In this document: positions 9,737-19,984 of the stretch, piece after piece
How the letters are laid out: every line of letters starts with the position of its first letter
Position numbering within the stretch: the stretch's first letter is position 1
From: Thermoanaerobaculia bacterium
GTDB lineage: Bacteria > Acidobacteriota > Thermoanaerobaculia > UBA5066
Assembly: GCA_963816185.1 (NCBI GenBank)
Contig: CAWFJJ010000001.1
Span: 256,001-320,000 of the forward strand
Direction of reading: 5' to 3'
Length of the DNA: 64,000 bases
Made by a program: the position numbers and the translations under genes
Notes under the pieces: generated by a model
Databases searched by the model: none
What the model was told of the DNA's origin: nothing
The model's input: only the letters and a program-made list of their open reading frames with translations

Positions 9737-11140
9737 ATGCGCCGCAAGAAGGTCTCTGCGCTTCTGTCTCCTCTCGTCTTCGTCGCCCGCGCTCTCTTCG
9801 CAGAAAACGCGATACCCGCCGACACCCGTGCGGCGATCGACAAGGACGTCGGCGAGGTCCTCGCGAAGACGGGGGCGCCGAGCGCCTCGATCGCGATCGT
9901 GAAAGACGGGAAGATCGCGTACGTTCACGCGTACGGCTCGGCGCGACTCGGGCCTCCCGCCGTCGTCGCAGCGCCCGCGATGCGGTACAGCATCGGTTCC
10001 GTCAGCAAACAGTTCACGTCGACGGCCATTCTTCTGCTCGCCGAAGAGGGAAAGCTGTCGCTCGACGATCGGCTCGTGCGGTGGCTGCCGGAGCTGACAC
10101 GCGCGGGAGACGTCACGATTCGCCAGCTCCTGTCGATGACGGCCGGCTATCAGGACTACTGGCCGCAGGACTACGTGATGCCGCGCATGAAAGAGCCGGT
10201 CACGGCGCACGAGATCGTCGACGGCTGGGCGAAAAAGCCGCTCGACTTCGCGCCCGGCGCGAAATGGCAGTACAGCAACACGAATTACGTCATCGCGGGG
10301 CTCATCGTCGAGAAGGCGAGCGGCACGCCGCTGTTCGACTTTCTCGAGAAGCGCGTCTTCGGGCCCCTCGGCATGACGACGGCCGTGAACACGGACGCAA
10401 CGCCCCTCGGCTCCGACGATGCGGCCGGATACCAGCGGTTCGCGCTCGGTCCGCCTCGCCCGGCGCCTAAGGAAGGGAAGGGCTGGTTGTTCGCCGCGGG
10501 CGAGCTGTCGATGACCGCCCAGGACCTCGCGCGCTGGGACATCTCGCTTATCGACCAGACGGTGATGAGACCCGCGTCGTACCGGGAGCTGGAAACGGAC
10601 GTGCGGCTCGAAAGCGGCGTGGGATCACGTTACGGGCTTGGCGTCGGGTTCGCCCTCGTCGACGGTCGAAGACTGGTCTCTCACGGCGGAGAGGTTTCGG
10701 GCTTCACGGCTCGGAACGACGTCTATCCCGACGAGCGCGCCGCCGTCATCGTGCTCGTCAACCTCGACGCGACACCGGCCCCGACCGAGATCGCGAAGAG
10801 GATCGGGAACTCATTGTTCGCCACTTCGGACGGCGGTACCAATCAAGCGGTGGAACAAGCGAAGAAGATCTTCGAAGGTCTTCGGCTCGGAAGACTCGAC
10901 CGCGCGCTTTTCACGTCGAACGCAAACGCCTACTTCAGCGAACAGGCGGTCAAGGATTTCGCGGCCAGCCTCCGCCCCTTGGGCAAGCTCCAGGAATTCA
11001 CGCAGAAATCCAGGTCTCTCCGCGGCGGCATGACGCTCCGCCGCCTGACGGCGAAGTTCGCGAAGAAGACCCTCGGCGTCACGACACTCGAGACGCCTGA
11101 CGGCAAGCTCGAGCAGTTCATGGTGGCCGCCGAGGAGTAG
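9737..11140 (+). CDS. Serine hydrolase, beta-lactamase/PBP-like family, secreted
   Basis: SxxK (GSVSKQFT), YSNTNY and HGG motifs; signal peptide. Confidence 0.9.
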   Translation: MRRKKVSALLSPLVFVARALFAENAIPADTRAAIDKDVGEVLAKTGAPSASIAIVKDGKIAYVHAYGSARLGPPAVVAAPAMRYSIGSVSKQFTSTAILLLAEEGKLSLDDRLVRWLPELTRAGDVTIRQLLSMTAGYQDYWPQDYVMPRMKEPVTAHEIVDGWAKKPLDFAPGAKWQYSNTNYVIAGLIVEKASGTPLFDFLEKRVFGPLGMTTAVNTDATPLGSDDAAGYQRFALGPPRPAPKEGKGWLFAAGELSMTAQDLARWDISLIDQTVMRPASYRELETDVRLESGVGSRYGLGVGFALVDGRRLVSHGGEVSGFTARNDVYPDERAAVIVLVNLDATPAPTEIAKRIGNSLFATSDGGTNQAVEQAKKIFEGLRLGRLDRALFTSNANAYFSEQAVKDFAASLRPLGKLQEFTQKSRSLRGGMTLRRLTAKFAKKTLGVTTLETPDGKLEQFMVAAEE

Positions 11141-11170
11141 CGCGGCCGGCCGGTCGCAGGGTCCCCCGGT

Positions 11171-11641
11171 TCAGTCTTCGATCTGCTGGGCGAGGTAGTT
11201 CGGCAGCCCCATTTCCTCGATCTGCCCGAGCTGGGCCTCCAGCCAGTCGATGTGCTCCTCTTCCTCCTTCAGGATCTTCTCGAGAAGGAGCCGCGAGCCG
11301 TTGTCTCCCTTGGCGCGGCACGCCTCCAGCCCTGCGTTCAGGCGCGCGACGGCCTTCCGCTCGACCTCGAGGTCGAAGCGGTGCTGGTCGGGGATGGTCT
11401 GCCCGACCTGGATCGGGAAATAGCGCTGCATGTTCGGGGCGCCTTCGAGGTAGAGGATGCGCTCGATGAGCTCCTGCGCGTGCTTCATCTCCTCGATTGA
11501 CTCCTTGCGCGAATGCTCGGCGAGCCTCTTGTAGTGCCAGTTACGGCACATCATCGCGTGGATGAAGTACTGGTTGACGGCGGTGAGCTCGGCCGTGAGC
11601 ACCTCGTTCAGCAGCGTGATGACGTCTGCTTCTCCACGCAT
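11171..11641 (-). CDS. bfr: Bacterioferritin
   Basis: MRGEADVITLLNEVLTAELTAVNQYFIH, EEMKHA, ERILYLEGAPN, EEEHIDWLE. Confidence 0.95.
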   Translation of the reverse strand: MRGEADVITLLNEVLTAELTAVNQYFIHAMMCRNWHYKRLAEHSRKESIEEMKHAQELIERILYLEGAPNMQRYFPIQVGQTIPDQHRFDLEVERKAVARLNAGLEACRAKGDNGSRLLLEKILKEEEEHIDWLEAQLGQIEEMGLPNYLAQQIED

Positions 11642-11673
11642 TCTTCCTCCGGTTCGCGAGATTATCAGCCGCG

Positions 11674-11916
11674 TCAGGCGCGGCTGGCGAGATAGGATTC
11701 GAGGTCGGGGCGGCAAGCCGTACAGGTGCTGCCGCAGCCCGTCCGTGCGAGCGCCGCGGGAAGGGGCTCCCCGGCATCGAGAAGCCTTCCGATCTCCGCG
11801 AAGGAGATGCCGGCGCATTCGCAGCGGGTCATCGCCCGCCCGAAGGCGGGAAGCGCGAAAAGGTTCCGGGCCGGTGCCGGTGTCTCGTCGACCGGTTGAG
11901 TGAGACTCGTTCTCAT
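11674..11916 (-). CDS. bfd: Bacterioferritin-associated (2Fe-2S) ferredoxin
   Basis: CxC...GCGSTCTAC motif directly upstream of bfr; start 11916 chosen from TATATT 7 nt upstream (alternative 11832). Confidence 0.75.
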   Translation of the reverse strand: MRTSLTQPVDETPAPARNLFALPAFGRAMTRCECAGISFAEIGRLLDAGEPLPAALARTGCGSTCTACRPDLESYLASRA

Positions 11917-11972
11917 CGCTCGCAATATACGCCCCGCGGGCTCCGGGTCACTGATGCAAATGGATCGGTCCG

Positions 11973-13307
11973 TCAGTCGGGCAGGAGCTCCCGCGTGAGG
12001 TTACGGTTCGCGCCCTTTCCCACGAGGATGTTGTCCTCGATCCGGATGCCGCCCGAAGGAATGAGCCGGTCCACGAGCGCCCAGTCGAAGGCGTCCCGAT
12101 TCGCTCCCGAGCGATAAGGATCGAGCAGCATCGGAATGAAGTAGAGCCCCGGCTCGATCGTGAAGACCATGCGCTCCTCGATGACGCGGGTCGTCCGGAG
12201 GGCCGGGTGGCCGTCCGGCGGCGGCGCGATCGTGCCTTCGCGGTCTATCTGGCGGCCCGCGACGTCATGGACCTGAATGCCGAGGAAGTGACCGAGGCCG
12301 TGGGGCAGGAACGGGCGCGTGAGACCCTTCTCGAACGCGTCGGCGCCCGAGACGCGAAAAACACCGGCCTCCGAGAGAAGAGCGCCCACGCCCCGATGGG
12401 TTTCGAGATGCAGGTCGACATAGGAAATGCCCGGGCGGCCTTTCACGCAGAGGCGCGCCTGGAGGGTCTTCATGCCGTCGAGGAGGGTCGCGAAGACAGG
12501 ATCGGCCGCGGCCGTTGCGTAGGTGCGGGTGATGTCGCTCGCGTAGCCGCGCACGGCCGCGCCGGCGTCGATCAGGAAGACACGGGCACTCGCGGCCTGC
12601 CGCCCGCGCTTTCCGTGATAGTGGAGCGTGGCGGCGTGGTGGTCGAGGCCCACGATCGTCGTGTAGGGGAGAGCCTCCTCGACGTCGCCGAGCGCGGCGA
12701 GGTAGGCGTGATGGATGTCGATCTCCGAGGCGCCGGCGCGGAACGCGGCCTCGGCGGCGCGGTGCGCGGGCGCCGCCTTCGCGGTCGCCGCTGCGATCGC
12801 GTCGACCTCCCAGTCGCTCTTGTACGACCGCTCCCAGTCGAGACGCGCGACGAGGGCCTTCGGGTTCACGCCCGCCGGCGGCACCCCATGCGCGCCGGCC
12901 TCCTCCGCAGGGGCGCCTACGAAGGCCGTGCGTGCTCCGGCCGCTCCGATCTCCCTCCACGCCTCCTCGGGCGTCGCGACCTCGACGACGTCGAATTCGC
13001 GGCGTACGAAATCCGGTGCGGGTGCGGGCGGCGCGTACCAGTAGTCGCGCGGCTGGACGCGCACGAGGCGCGGCCGCCTGCCCGGCACGACATCGAGCAG
13101 GTGGTACGGGCCGTCCACGGGCGCCCAGTGCGCGAAGTGAGGCGTCGAATGAAAGGGCGCGTCGTTGTCGTCGGCGAAGTACGTGAACGGGACGCCCGAG
13201 TGGATTAGCAGCCGGTCGAAACCGGTCTCCCCGAGAGCGCGCGCGGTCGTGGCGGCGCGCGCGGCGACGTGGGCGGAGTAGGTCGCGAAAGAGGCGGTCG
13301 TGGGCAC
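11973..13307 (-). CDS. pepQ: Xaa-Pro dipeptidase
   Basis: ATLHY, LIDAGA, YASDITRT, PHGLGHFLGIQVHDV, TIEPGLYF, GGIRIEDN. Confidence 0.9.
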   Translation of the reverse strand: MPTTASFATYSAHVAARAATTARALGETGFDRLLIHSGVPFTYFADDNDAPFHSTPHFAHWAPVDGPYHLLDVVPGRRPRLVRVQPRDYWYAPPAPAPDFVRREFDVVEVATPEEAWREIGAAGARTAFVGAPAEEAGAHGVPPAGVNPKALVARLDWERSYKSDWEVDAIAAATAKAAPAHRAAEAAFRAGASEIDIHHAYLAALGDVEEALPYTTIVGLDHHAATLHYHGKRGRQAASARVFLIDAGAAVRGYASDITRTYATAAADPVFATLLDGMKTLQARLCVKGRPGISYVDLHLETHRGVGALLSEAGVFRVSGADAFEKGLTRPFLPHGLGHFLGIQVHDVAGRQIDREGTIAPPPDGHPALRTTRVIEERMVFTIEPGLYFIPMLLDPYRSGANRDAFDWALVDRLIPSGGIRIEDNILVGKGANRNLTRELLPD

Positions 13308-13310
13308 GCG

Positions 13311-13946
13311 CTACTTCTTCGTGGCAGGTGCCGCGGCGGCGGGCGCCTGCGGCTTGCTCTTGTTCGCCTCGACGGTGATGGTGAGGTCCACGTCGTCCGA
13401 GAGCATCGCATTCCCGTCCACGATGCTGTTCCAGCTCACGCCGAAGTCCTTACGGTTCAGCTTTCCGGTCACGTCGAAGCCGGCCTTCTGTCCGCCGTGC
13501 CCGTCGTTCGCAAAGCCGTTCGACGCCACGGTCAGGACGACGGGCTTCGTCACGCCCCGGATCGTGAGGTCCCCCGTCACTTCGTAGAGGTCTTTTCCCT
13601 TCGCGGCGATCTTGGTGGACGTGAACGTGATCTGCGGGAACTTCGCGGTGTCGAAGAAGTCGGGGGAGTTGAGGTGCTTGTCGCGAGTCGGGTTGCCGGT
13701 GTCGAGGCTCGTGGCGTCGATCGTGAGGTGCACGGCGCTCGCCGCGGGGTTCGCCCGGTCGATCTCGATCGTGCCGTCGAACTTCGTGAAGCGGCCGCCG
13801 ACTTTCGAGACGAAGTGGCGCACCTTGAAGTCGAACTCGGAGTGAGCCTTGTCGAAGGTGAAGGTCTCCTTGTCGGCCCGCGCGCCGGGCGCGAGCGCGA
13901 GGACGGCGAGCGCCACCAGGGGCGCGAGGCGGCGGAGTCGGATCAT
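13311..13946 (-). CDS. YceI-family polyisoprenoid-binding protein
   Basis: DKAHSEFDFKVRH, RDKHLNSPDFFD, GDLTIRGVTKPV, RKDFG; signal peptide. Confidence 0.9.
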   Translation of the reverse strand: MIRLRRLAPLVALAVLALAPGARADKETFTFDKAHSEFDFKVRHFVSKVGGRFTKFDGTIEIDRANPAASAVHLTIDATSLDTGNPTRDKHLNSPDFFDTAKFPQITFTSTKIAAKGKDLYEVTGDLTIRGVTKPVVLTVASNGFANDGHGGQKAGFDVTGKLNRKDFGVSWNSIVDGNAMLSDDVDLTITVEANKSKPQAPAAAAPATKK

Positions 13947-14043
13947 GAGCGCGGTCTCTCCTTTTTTCCGGTAGATTGCGGGGGCTCGCCCCGGCGCGCG
14001 CGAGTCTAGTCGAGTCATTTTCCAGAGGAAAGCGGAGGAGCTC

Positions 14044-14493
14044 ATGCCCGAAGACGGCGTTCAGGTTTACGCGACTCACCGGCGTTGGGATCCCTGGTAT
14101 CACTTTTTCGCCTTCTCGGTCGTTTCGATCTCGTTCTTCGCGGCGCTCTGGATCTTCATCAAGAGCCTCTCGGGCGGCTTCTCCGTCTGGGGCGCCTGGA
14201 ACGTCGTGGTCTGGGCGGCCGTGATCGCGTTGACGCTGAGGGTCAGGCTCTATCCGCTGAGGGTGCAGGACCGGATCATCCGACTCGAAGAACGGCTTCG
14301 GCTCGCGACGCTTCTCGACAACTCTCTCAAGGCGCGCATCGGCGAGCTCGACGTCAAGCAGCTCGTCGGGCTGCGTTTCGCCTCGGACGCCGAGGTGCCG
14401 GGGCTCGTGAAGATCGCGCTCGACGAGAAGCTCACGGGCGAGGAGATCAAGAAACGCATCAAGACCTGGCGCCCCGATACGTTCCGCGTCTAG
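14044..14493 (+). CDS. Small membrane protein (DUF6526-like)
   Basis: Q-x-Y-x-x-H-R-R...YHF, two TM helices, VQDRIIRLEERLR, LRFASD, IKKRIKTWRPD; family name recalled, not searched. Confidence 0.7.
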   Translation: MPEDGVQVYATHRRWDPWYHFFAFSVVSISFFAALWIFIKSLSGGFSVWGAWNVVVWAAVIALTLRVRLYPLRVQDRIIRLEERLRLATLLDNSLKARIGELDVKQLVGLRFASDAEVPGLVKIALDEKLTGEEIKKRIKTWRPDTFRV

Positions 14494-14506
14494 ATTCTTC
14501 GTCTCG

Positions 14507-15295
14507 TCAAAATGCGGCCGCGGTCTCCCCAAACAGCTCGTGGCGGGCGGCGTCCATCTCCGCTCGCGTGCGCGACAGCAGTGCCGGGAGGTCGTCCTCC
14601 GTCATTCCGGCCGTCGCGATCGGCTCGAGAACCTTCACTTTGATCCGGCCCGGGCGAACCAGCAGCCGCCTCGCGTCGAGGACGGCCGCGAGCGGCCCGA
14701 CGACGAACGGCACGATCGGCACGTGCGCCGCGAGGGCGAGACGAAACGCGCCCTTCTTGAACGGGAGCATTTCGGGGCCCTGATTCCGGTGCCCCTCGGG
14801 CGCCATCCAGACGCGCCAACCCTCCCGCTGGATCCGCCTTGCGGCCTCGGCGATCGAGCTCCGCGCCTTGGCGGCATCCTCGCGGTCGACCAGGATGTTG
14901 CCGGTCGCGCGGAACAGCCAGCCGAAGATCGGGATGAGCCCGATCTGCTTCTTGCCGAGGACCAGCGTCGAATCGGGAAAGAAGGCGGCCCACACGACGG
15001 CATCGAGATTCGACTGGTGGTTCCCCACGAGAATCGCCGGGCGGTGCGCGACGAGCCGCTCGGCGTGCTCCACCTCGACCGTCCAGCCGAGGACGGCCAT
15101 CATGAGGCCCGACCAGCGGTCCAGCCAGCGCCGCGTGGCGCGGTCGCGCTCCCACTTCAGGACGACGAGGCGAAAGAGCGCGAGGACGGAGAGCGAGAGG
15201 AAGAGGGCGCCACCGAAGAGACACGCGGCGACGAAATAGACCCGGGTGAAGAGCCGGCGCAGGGCGCCGGCAAGTCCGCCTTTCCGTTCGGGCAT
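14507..15295 (-). CDS. plsC: 1-acyl-sn-glycerol-3-phosphate acyltransferase
   Basis: NHQSNLD, APEGHR, PFKKGAF motifs. Confidence 0.88.
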   Translation of the reverse strand: MPERKGGLAGALRRLFTRVYFVAACLFGGALFLSLSVLALFRLVVLKWERDRATRRWLDRWSGLMMAVLGWTVEVEHAERLVAHRPAILVGNHQSNLDAVVWAAFFPDSTLVLGKKQIGLIPIFGWLFRATGNILVDREDAAKARSSIAEAARRIQREGWRVWMAPEGHRNQGPEMLPFKKGAFRLALAAHVPIVPFVVGPLAAVLDARRLLVRPGRIKVKVLEPIATAGMTEDDLPALLSRTRAEMDAARHELFGETAAAF

Positions 15296-15313
15296 GCCGC
15301 AATATAGCCCGCG

Positions 15314-16649
15314 GTGAAGCCGGATGTCGTCGTCGTGGGAGGGGGCGCGGCGGGCCTTCTCGCGGCGCTGGCGGCGGCGCGCGGCGGCCGGCGTGTCCTC
15401 GTGCTCGAGGCGGCGAAGGACGCCGGCCGGAAGATCCTCGTGTCCGGCGGCGGCCGCTGCAACGTCCTCCCGATGGAGGACGCGCCCCAACGCTTCGTCT
15501 CCGAGTCGCCGAACCGCCTCGTGCGCCGCTTCCTCGACCGGTGGCCGCTTTCAGGCCAACGCTCGTTCTTCGAGGAACTTCTCGGGGGGAAGCTCCGAGA
15601 GGAGCCCGAGACCCGGAAGCTCTTCCCGCCCTCGAACCGCGCGAAGGACGTGCGCGACGCGCTGTGCGAGGCGCTGGCGGCCGCGGGAGGGACGCTGCGC
15701 GCGGCGGCGAGAGTGCGTCGACCTCGTGCGCGCGGGCGAGGGCTTTTCCTTTCGCCTCGACGGAGACGAGGAGATCGCCGCGCCGCGCGTGATCCTCGCG
15801 ACCGGCGGGCGCTCCGTCCTCGCGGGGGGAGCGGACGCGGCGGGTTACGCGTGGGCCGCCGCGATGGGCCATACGGTCCGGCCGACGTACCCGGCGCTCG
15901 TGCCTCTCACGGGCGACGCGCCGGCCCATCACGCGCTCGCGGGCGTCTCGGTCGCGGCGCGTGTTACCGCGCAGAGCGAGAAAGAGCGTGCGACGTCGAG
16001 CGGCGGCTTCCTCTTCACGCACAAGGGCTGGAGCGGCCCTGCGGTCCTCGACGTCGCGCACGTCGTCGAACGCGCCGCGCTCGCGGGAGCGAGCGCCGAA
16101 GTCCGGGTCTGCTTCGGATTCGGAGAAGGACGAAGAAAGGAGGAAGACGAAGAGAAGATTTCTTTGAATCGTCCCGTGCAGGGGGGAACGGCCTCTTCAT
16201 CCGGCCGGGCCGACACAGCCGCAAGGTGGGATGCCGCCCTACGCAGCGGCGGGGTTTCCTGCGGCTCCCTCTCTCTTTCTTCCTTTCTAAGCAAATCTTC
16301 TTCTTCTCTTCCCGACCGTCTGGTCCGCCTGATCCTCGAAACAGCACGGGTCCCGGATGTCCGACTCTCTTATCTTTCGCGCGAAGCGCGCTTGCGCGTC
16401 GTGGAAACGCTGACCGCGTTTCCGCTCCCCGCGACGGGGACCGAGGGCTATCGCACGGCGGAGGTGACCGGGGGCGGTGTCGCTCTCGAGGAGGTGGACC
16501 CCGGAAGCGGGCGCAGCCGGCTCGTGCCGGGCCTTTTTCTCGCGGGCGAGATCCTCGATGCCTTCGGCCCGATCGGTGGCTTCAACTTCCAGTGGGCATG
16601 GGCGACCGGCCGCACCGCCGGCGAAGCCGTGGCGCGCGCCGGAATCTAG
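15314..16649 (+). CDS. HI0933/YhiN/BaiN-family flavoprotein, frameshifted near 15715, with low-complexity insertion
   Basis: GGGAAG, GRKILVSGGGRCN, LATGG, LFTHKGWSGPAVL, AEVTGGGV, GPIGGFNFQWAW. Confidence 0.88.
16118..16312. repeat. Purine-tract inverted pair, locus A (inside flavoprotein gene)
   Basis: GAAGAGAAGATTTCTTTGAA (16149-16168) versus TTTCTAAGCAAATCTTCTTCTTCTC (16284-16308). Confidence 0.65.
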
Positions 16650-17320
16650 ATCTTGGCCCCGTCCCACCAGCTCGAGAGATGCGCCGTGGGCGTTCCCGGG
16701 GCTCCCCGCGCGTAATGGGAGACGTCGTTGAAAAGAGTCAGGCGGGCGTGGGAGGAGTCCTTGAAGTCGAGGGCGTTCAGGCACGCGGGACTCTGGTCGA
16801 GGCGGTCGCGATAGAAGCGCGGGTCGAAGCCGACGAGGACCGAGATCAGGAGGCGAATCGTGGCCTTGTGCGAGACGACGAGGAACGAGCGACCGGTCTG
16901 CGCGGAAACGAGAGAGAACAGCGCGGGAAGCGCGCGCGCCGTGACCGCGAGCCCGCTTTCGCCGCCCTCCGGCGCGAACGTGTACGGGTCCGAGTCCCAG
17001 CGCGCGTACTCTTCTGGCCACAGCGCCTCGACCTCGCGGCGCGTCTTCGTCTCCCAGCGGCCGTGTGAGATCTCCCGGAGAGCCGGGACGGGGACGACCG
17101 GGAGTCCGTGCGGCCCGGCGAGGATGCCGGCGCTCTCGAGCGTGCGGCGCATCGGGCTCGCGTAAATCGCGCAGAGAGGCTCGTGCGCGAGGCGGTCGGC
17201 GAGCTGGCGAAGCTGCGCGCGCCCCGAATCCGAGAGATCCACGTCCGTCTCCCCCGCGAAGCGGTCCTCGGCCGAGAGCGTCGTGGCCCCGTGCCGGACG
17301 AGATAAACGCGCGTCGCCAT
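16646..17320 (-). CDS. Histidine phosphatase (phosphoglycerate mutase-like)
   Basis: LVRHG, SPMRR, LREISHGRWE, GGES, VSH motifs. Confidence 0.88.
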   Translation of the reverse strand: MATRVYLVRHGATTLSAEDRFAGETDVDLSDSGRAQLRQLADRLAHEPLCAIYASPMRRTLESAGILAGPHGLPVVPVPALREISHGRWETKTRREVEALWPEEYARWDSDPYTFAPEGGESGLAVTARALPALFSLVSAQTGRSFLVVSHKATIRLLISVLVGFDPRFYRDRLDQSPACLNALDFKDSSHARLTLFNDVSHYARGAPGTPTAHLSSWWDGAKI

Positions 17321-17325
17321 TCGGG

Positions 17326-17676
17326 TCAGCCTTTCACCGAGAGATTCTTAGAAGGAAGAAGAACACGGAGGCGCTCGCGCCACTCGCCTTGAAGCTCGAT
17401 CGTGGCGCCCACGACCGAGCCGCCAGTGCCGAGGGACTTCTTGAGTTCCTTCGCTAATCCTTCTAAGAAATCCGAATTCTCCGGAAGTCCGTAGAGAACC
17501 GTCACCGTCTTGCCGCTCCGCCCCTTTTTTTCGATCCGCAGCCTGACGACGACCTTCGAAGGGATCTCTTCCTCCGCCTTCGAGGAACATCTGCATTGAT
17601 CCGAGGGCCAGCCGCATGTAGCGCAGACGCGCCCGACGGCCGTGGAATAGACGAGCCGGACAGGGTCCTGCCTCAC
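17326..17676 (-). CDS. yciH: SUI1-family translation initiation factor
   Basis: RLVYST, CxxC, KGRSGKTVT, LAKELKKSLGTGGSV, IELQG. Confidence 0.85.
   Translation of the reverse strand: MRQDPVRLVYSTAVGRVCATCGWPSDQCRCSSKAEEEIPSKVVVRLRIEKKGRSGKTVTVLYGLPENSDFLEGLAKELKKSLGTGGSVVGATIELQGEWRERLRVLLPSKNLSVKG
17341..17475. repeat. Purine-tract inverted pair, locus B (inside yciH)
   Basis: TTCTTAGAAGGA (17345-17356) and its exact reverse complement TCCTTCTAAGAA (17458-17469). Confidence 0.7.
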
Positions 17677-17695
17677 GGTCTCAGGATAATGCCCT
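17677..17695. promoter_or_regulatory. Bidirectional leaderless promoter between yciH and arfB
   Basis: GATAAT (17685-17690) 5 nt before arfB ATG; TATCCT on the minus strand 6 nt before yciH GTG; 19-bp gap with no RBS. Confidence 0.55.
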
Positions 17696-18127
17696 ATGGC
17701 CGATCCGATCCCGGTCGCCCCGGGGGTGACGATTCCGGCGGCCGCGCTCGAGACGCGGCAGGTTCGGGCGTCGGGACCGGGTGGGCAGAACGTGAACAAG
17801 GTGGCGTCCCGCGTGGAGCTGCTCGTGGACGCGGCCCTGATCGAGGGTCTGGACTCCGCCGCGCGCCTTCGCCTCTTCGCGCTTGCCGGCAAGAGGCGGG
17901 CGGCCGACGGGCGGCTTCGCCTCGTGGCCCAGGAGAGCCGCGATCGGCACCGGAATCTGGAAACCGCCCGGAAGCGCGCCCGGGATCTCGTGAGGCGGGC
18001 CCTTCACGTGCCCGCTGTGCGACGGCCCACGGGGCCTTCCCGCGGCGCCCGGGAGGCGCGTCTCAGGGAGAAAACACGGGAAAGCCGTCTCAAGGCGGCC
18101 CGCCGACCGGTCGGGGCCGACGAATAG
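17696..18127 (+). CDS. arfB: Alternative ribosome-rescue peptidyl-tRNA hydrolase
   Basis: RASGPGGQNVNKVAS (GGQ) and basic C-terminal tail. Confidence 0.92.
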   Translation: MADPIPVAPGVTIPAAALETRQVRASGPGGQNVNKVASRVELLVDAALIEGLDSAARLRLFALAGKRRAADGRLRLVAQESRDRHRNLETARKRARDLVRRALHVPAVRRPTGPSRGAREARLREKTRESRLKAARRPVGADE

Positions 18128-18213
18128 CGCATCTGAACTACTGCAAGTCGCAGTTCCGGGGCCCATCGTTCACGTTGGCGGGCCATGGGGCGTCTGCCGA
18201 GGAGGATTCGACT

Positions 18214-19551
18214 ATGTCATCCAGTGCACCGCGGCAGTCTGTGACCGTCACCGACAACCGCACCGGGAAAACGATCGAGGTTCCGATCCAGAACGGCACG
18301 ATCAAAGCTCTCGACCTTCGGGTCCTGAAGACCTCTCCGGAGGACTTCGGCCTGATGACGTACGACCCCGCGTTCATGAACACGGCCTCGTGCAAGAGCA
18401 AGATCACGTTCATCGACGGCGACAAGGGCATCCTCGAGTATCGCGGATACCCGATTGCCGAGCTGGCCGAGAAGACGACGTACCTCGAGACGGCGTATCT
18501 CGTCCTCAACGGAGAGCTGCCGACCAAGCAGCAGCACACCGACTGGGTGAAGGACGTCACCTACCACACGATGGTCCACGAGAACATCAAGGACCTGATG
18601 GCGGCGTTCCGGTATGACGCGCACCCGATGGGCATGCTCGCCTCCACGGTCGCGGCGCTGTCCACGTTCTACCCGGAGTCCAAGGAAGTTCGTTCGCCCG
18701 AGACCCGGAAGCAGCAGATCGTGCGCCTGGTCGCGAAGATGCCGACCCTGGCCGCCTTCGCCTACCGCCATTCGATCGGCTTCCCGTACGCGTACCCGGA
18801 CAACGACCTCTCGTACACGGGGAACTTCCTGCAGATGATGTACCGCGCGGCCGAGCCGAAATACCGGCCGAACCCGGTCCTCGAGCGGGCGCTCGAAGTC
18901 CTCTTCATCCTCCACGCCGACCACGAGCAGAACTGCTCGACGAACGCCATGCGTGCGGTCGGCTCCTCGGAAGCCGATCCGTATTGCTCGGCAGCCGGCG
19001 CGATCTCGGCCCTCTACGGCCCGCTGCACGGCGGGGCGAACGAGGCGGTCCTGCGCATGCTGTTCGAGATCGGCTCGAAGGCGAACATCCCGGCCTTCAT
19101 CAAGGCGGTCAAGGAGAGCGGCGGCGAGACGCGCCTCATGGGCTTCGGCCACCGCGTCTACAAGAACTACGACCCGCGCGCGAAGGTCATCAAGAACATG
19201 GCCGAGCAGGTCTTCGAGGTCACCGGCCGCAACCCGCTCCTCGACATCGCGCTCGAGCTCGAGCGGATCGCCCTCCAGGACGAGTACTTCCTCAAACGGA
19301 AGCTCTATCCGAACGTGGACTTCTACTCCGGCCTCATCTACCAGGCCATGAAGTTCCCCGTCGACATGTTCCCGGTCCTCTTCGCGATCCCGCGCATGTC
19401 CGGCTGGCTCGCCCAGTGGAACGAGATGATGGGGGACAAGGAGCAGAAGATCGCCCGCCCGCGCCAGGTCTTCCTCGGCGAACGCGAGCGCCACTTCATC
19501 CCGTTCGAGAAGCGGGAAGTCAAGACGGAGGGCGTGCTCACGACGGCGTAA
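18214..19551 (+). CDS. gltA: Citrate synthase
   Basis: [53 protein letters not shown]; GAGGAGG RBS. Confidence 0.97.
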   Translation: MSSSAPRQSVTVTDNRTGKTIEVPIQNGTIKALDLRVLKTSPEDFGLMTYDPAFMNTASCKSKITFIDGDKGILEYRGYPIAELAEKTTYLETAYLVLNGELPTKQQHTDWVKDVTYHTMVHENIKDLMAAFRYDAHPMGMLASTVAALSTFYPESKEVRSPETRKQQIVRLVAKMPTLAAFAYRHSIGFPYAYPDNDLSYTGNFLQMMYRAAEPKYRPNPVLERALEVLFILHADHEQNCSTNAMRAVGSSEADPYCSAAGAISALYGPLHGGANEAVLRMLFEIGSKANIPAFIKAVKESGGETRLMGFGHRVYKNYDPRAKVIKNMAEQVFEVTGRNPLLDIALELERIALQDEYFLKRKLYPNVDFYSGLIYQAMKFPVDMFPVLFAIPRMSGWLAQWNEMMGDKEQKIARPRQVFLGERERHFIPFEKREVKTEGVLTTA

Positions 19552-19954
19552 TCGGCAAGCGCGTGATCGGGGACGGGCGCCGCTTCTCGTCCACGTTCAC
19601 GTAGACGACCTCGGCCTCGGTCACCTTCACGGTTTCGTCCGTCTTCTGCCAGCGCTCGGCGGTGACGACGACCTTGATGGTGATCGAGGTTCGGCCGATG
19701 CGGGCGACGGTCGTGTAAAAGCTCACGATGTCGCCCACGTAGACGGGGGCATGGAAGACGACTTCGTTCATCTTCACGGTGAGCACGCGGTCACAGTGCG
19801 GCCGCGTCGCGATCGCTCCCGCCTGGTCGATGTAGGCGAGGAGCACCCCGCCGAAGATCGTCCCGTGGCCGTTCGTGTCGCGCGGGAACATCGACACGCG
19901 GATCGCGGGCTGGAGGCCTGAGGAAGAAGACGGAGCGCCGGTCTCGGAGTCCAT
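19538..19954 (-). CDS. Acyl-CoA thioesterase (hotdog fold, YciA-like)
   Basis: [24 protein letters not shown]. Confidence 0.88.
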   Translation of the reverse strand: MDSETGAPSSSSGLQPAIRVSMFPRDTNGHGTIFGGVLLAYIDQAGAIATRPHCDRVLTVKMNEVVFHAPVYVGDIVSFYTTVARIGRTSITIKVVVTAERWQKTDETVKVTEAEVVYVNVDEKRRPSPITRLPITPS

Positions 19955-19984
19955 GGCCGGATTATGGCGGGCTAAGATCCCTTC

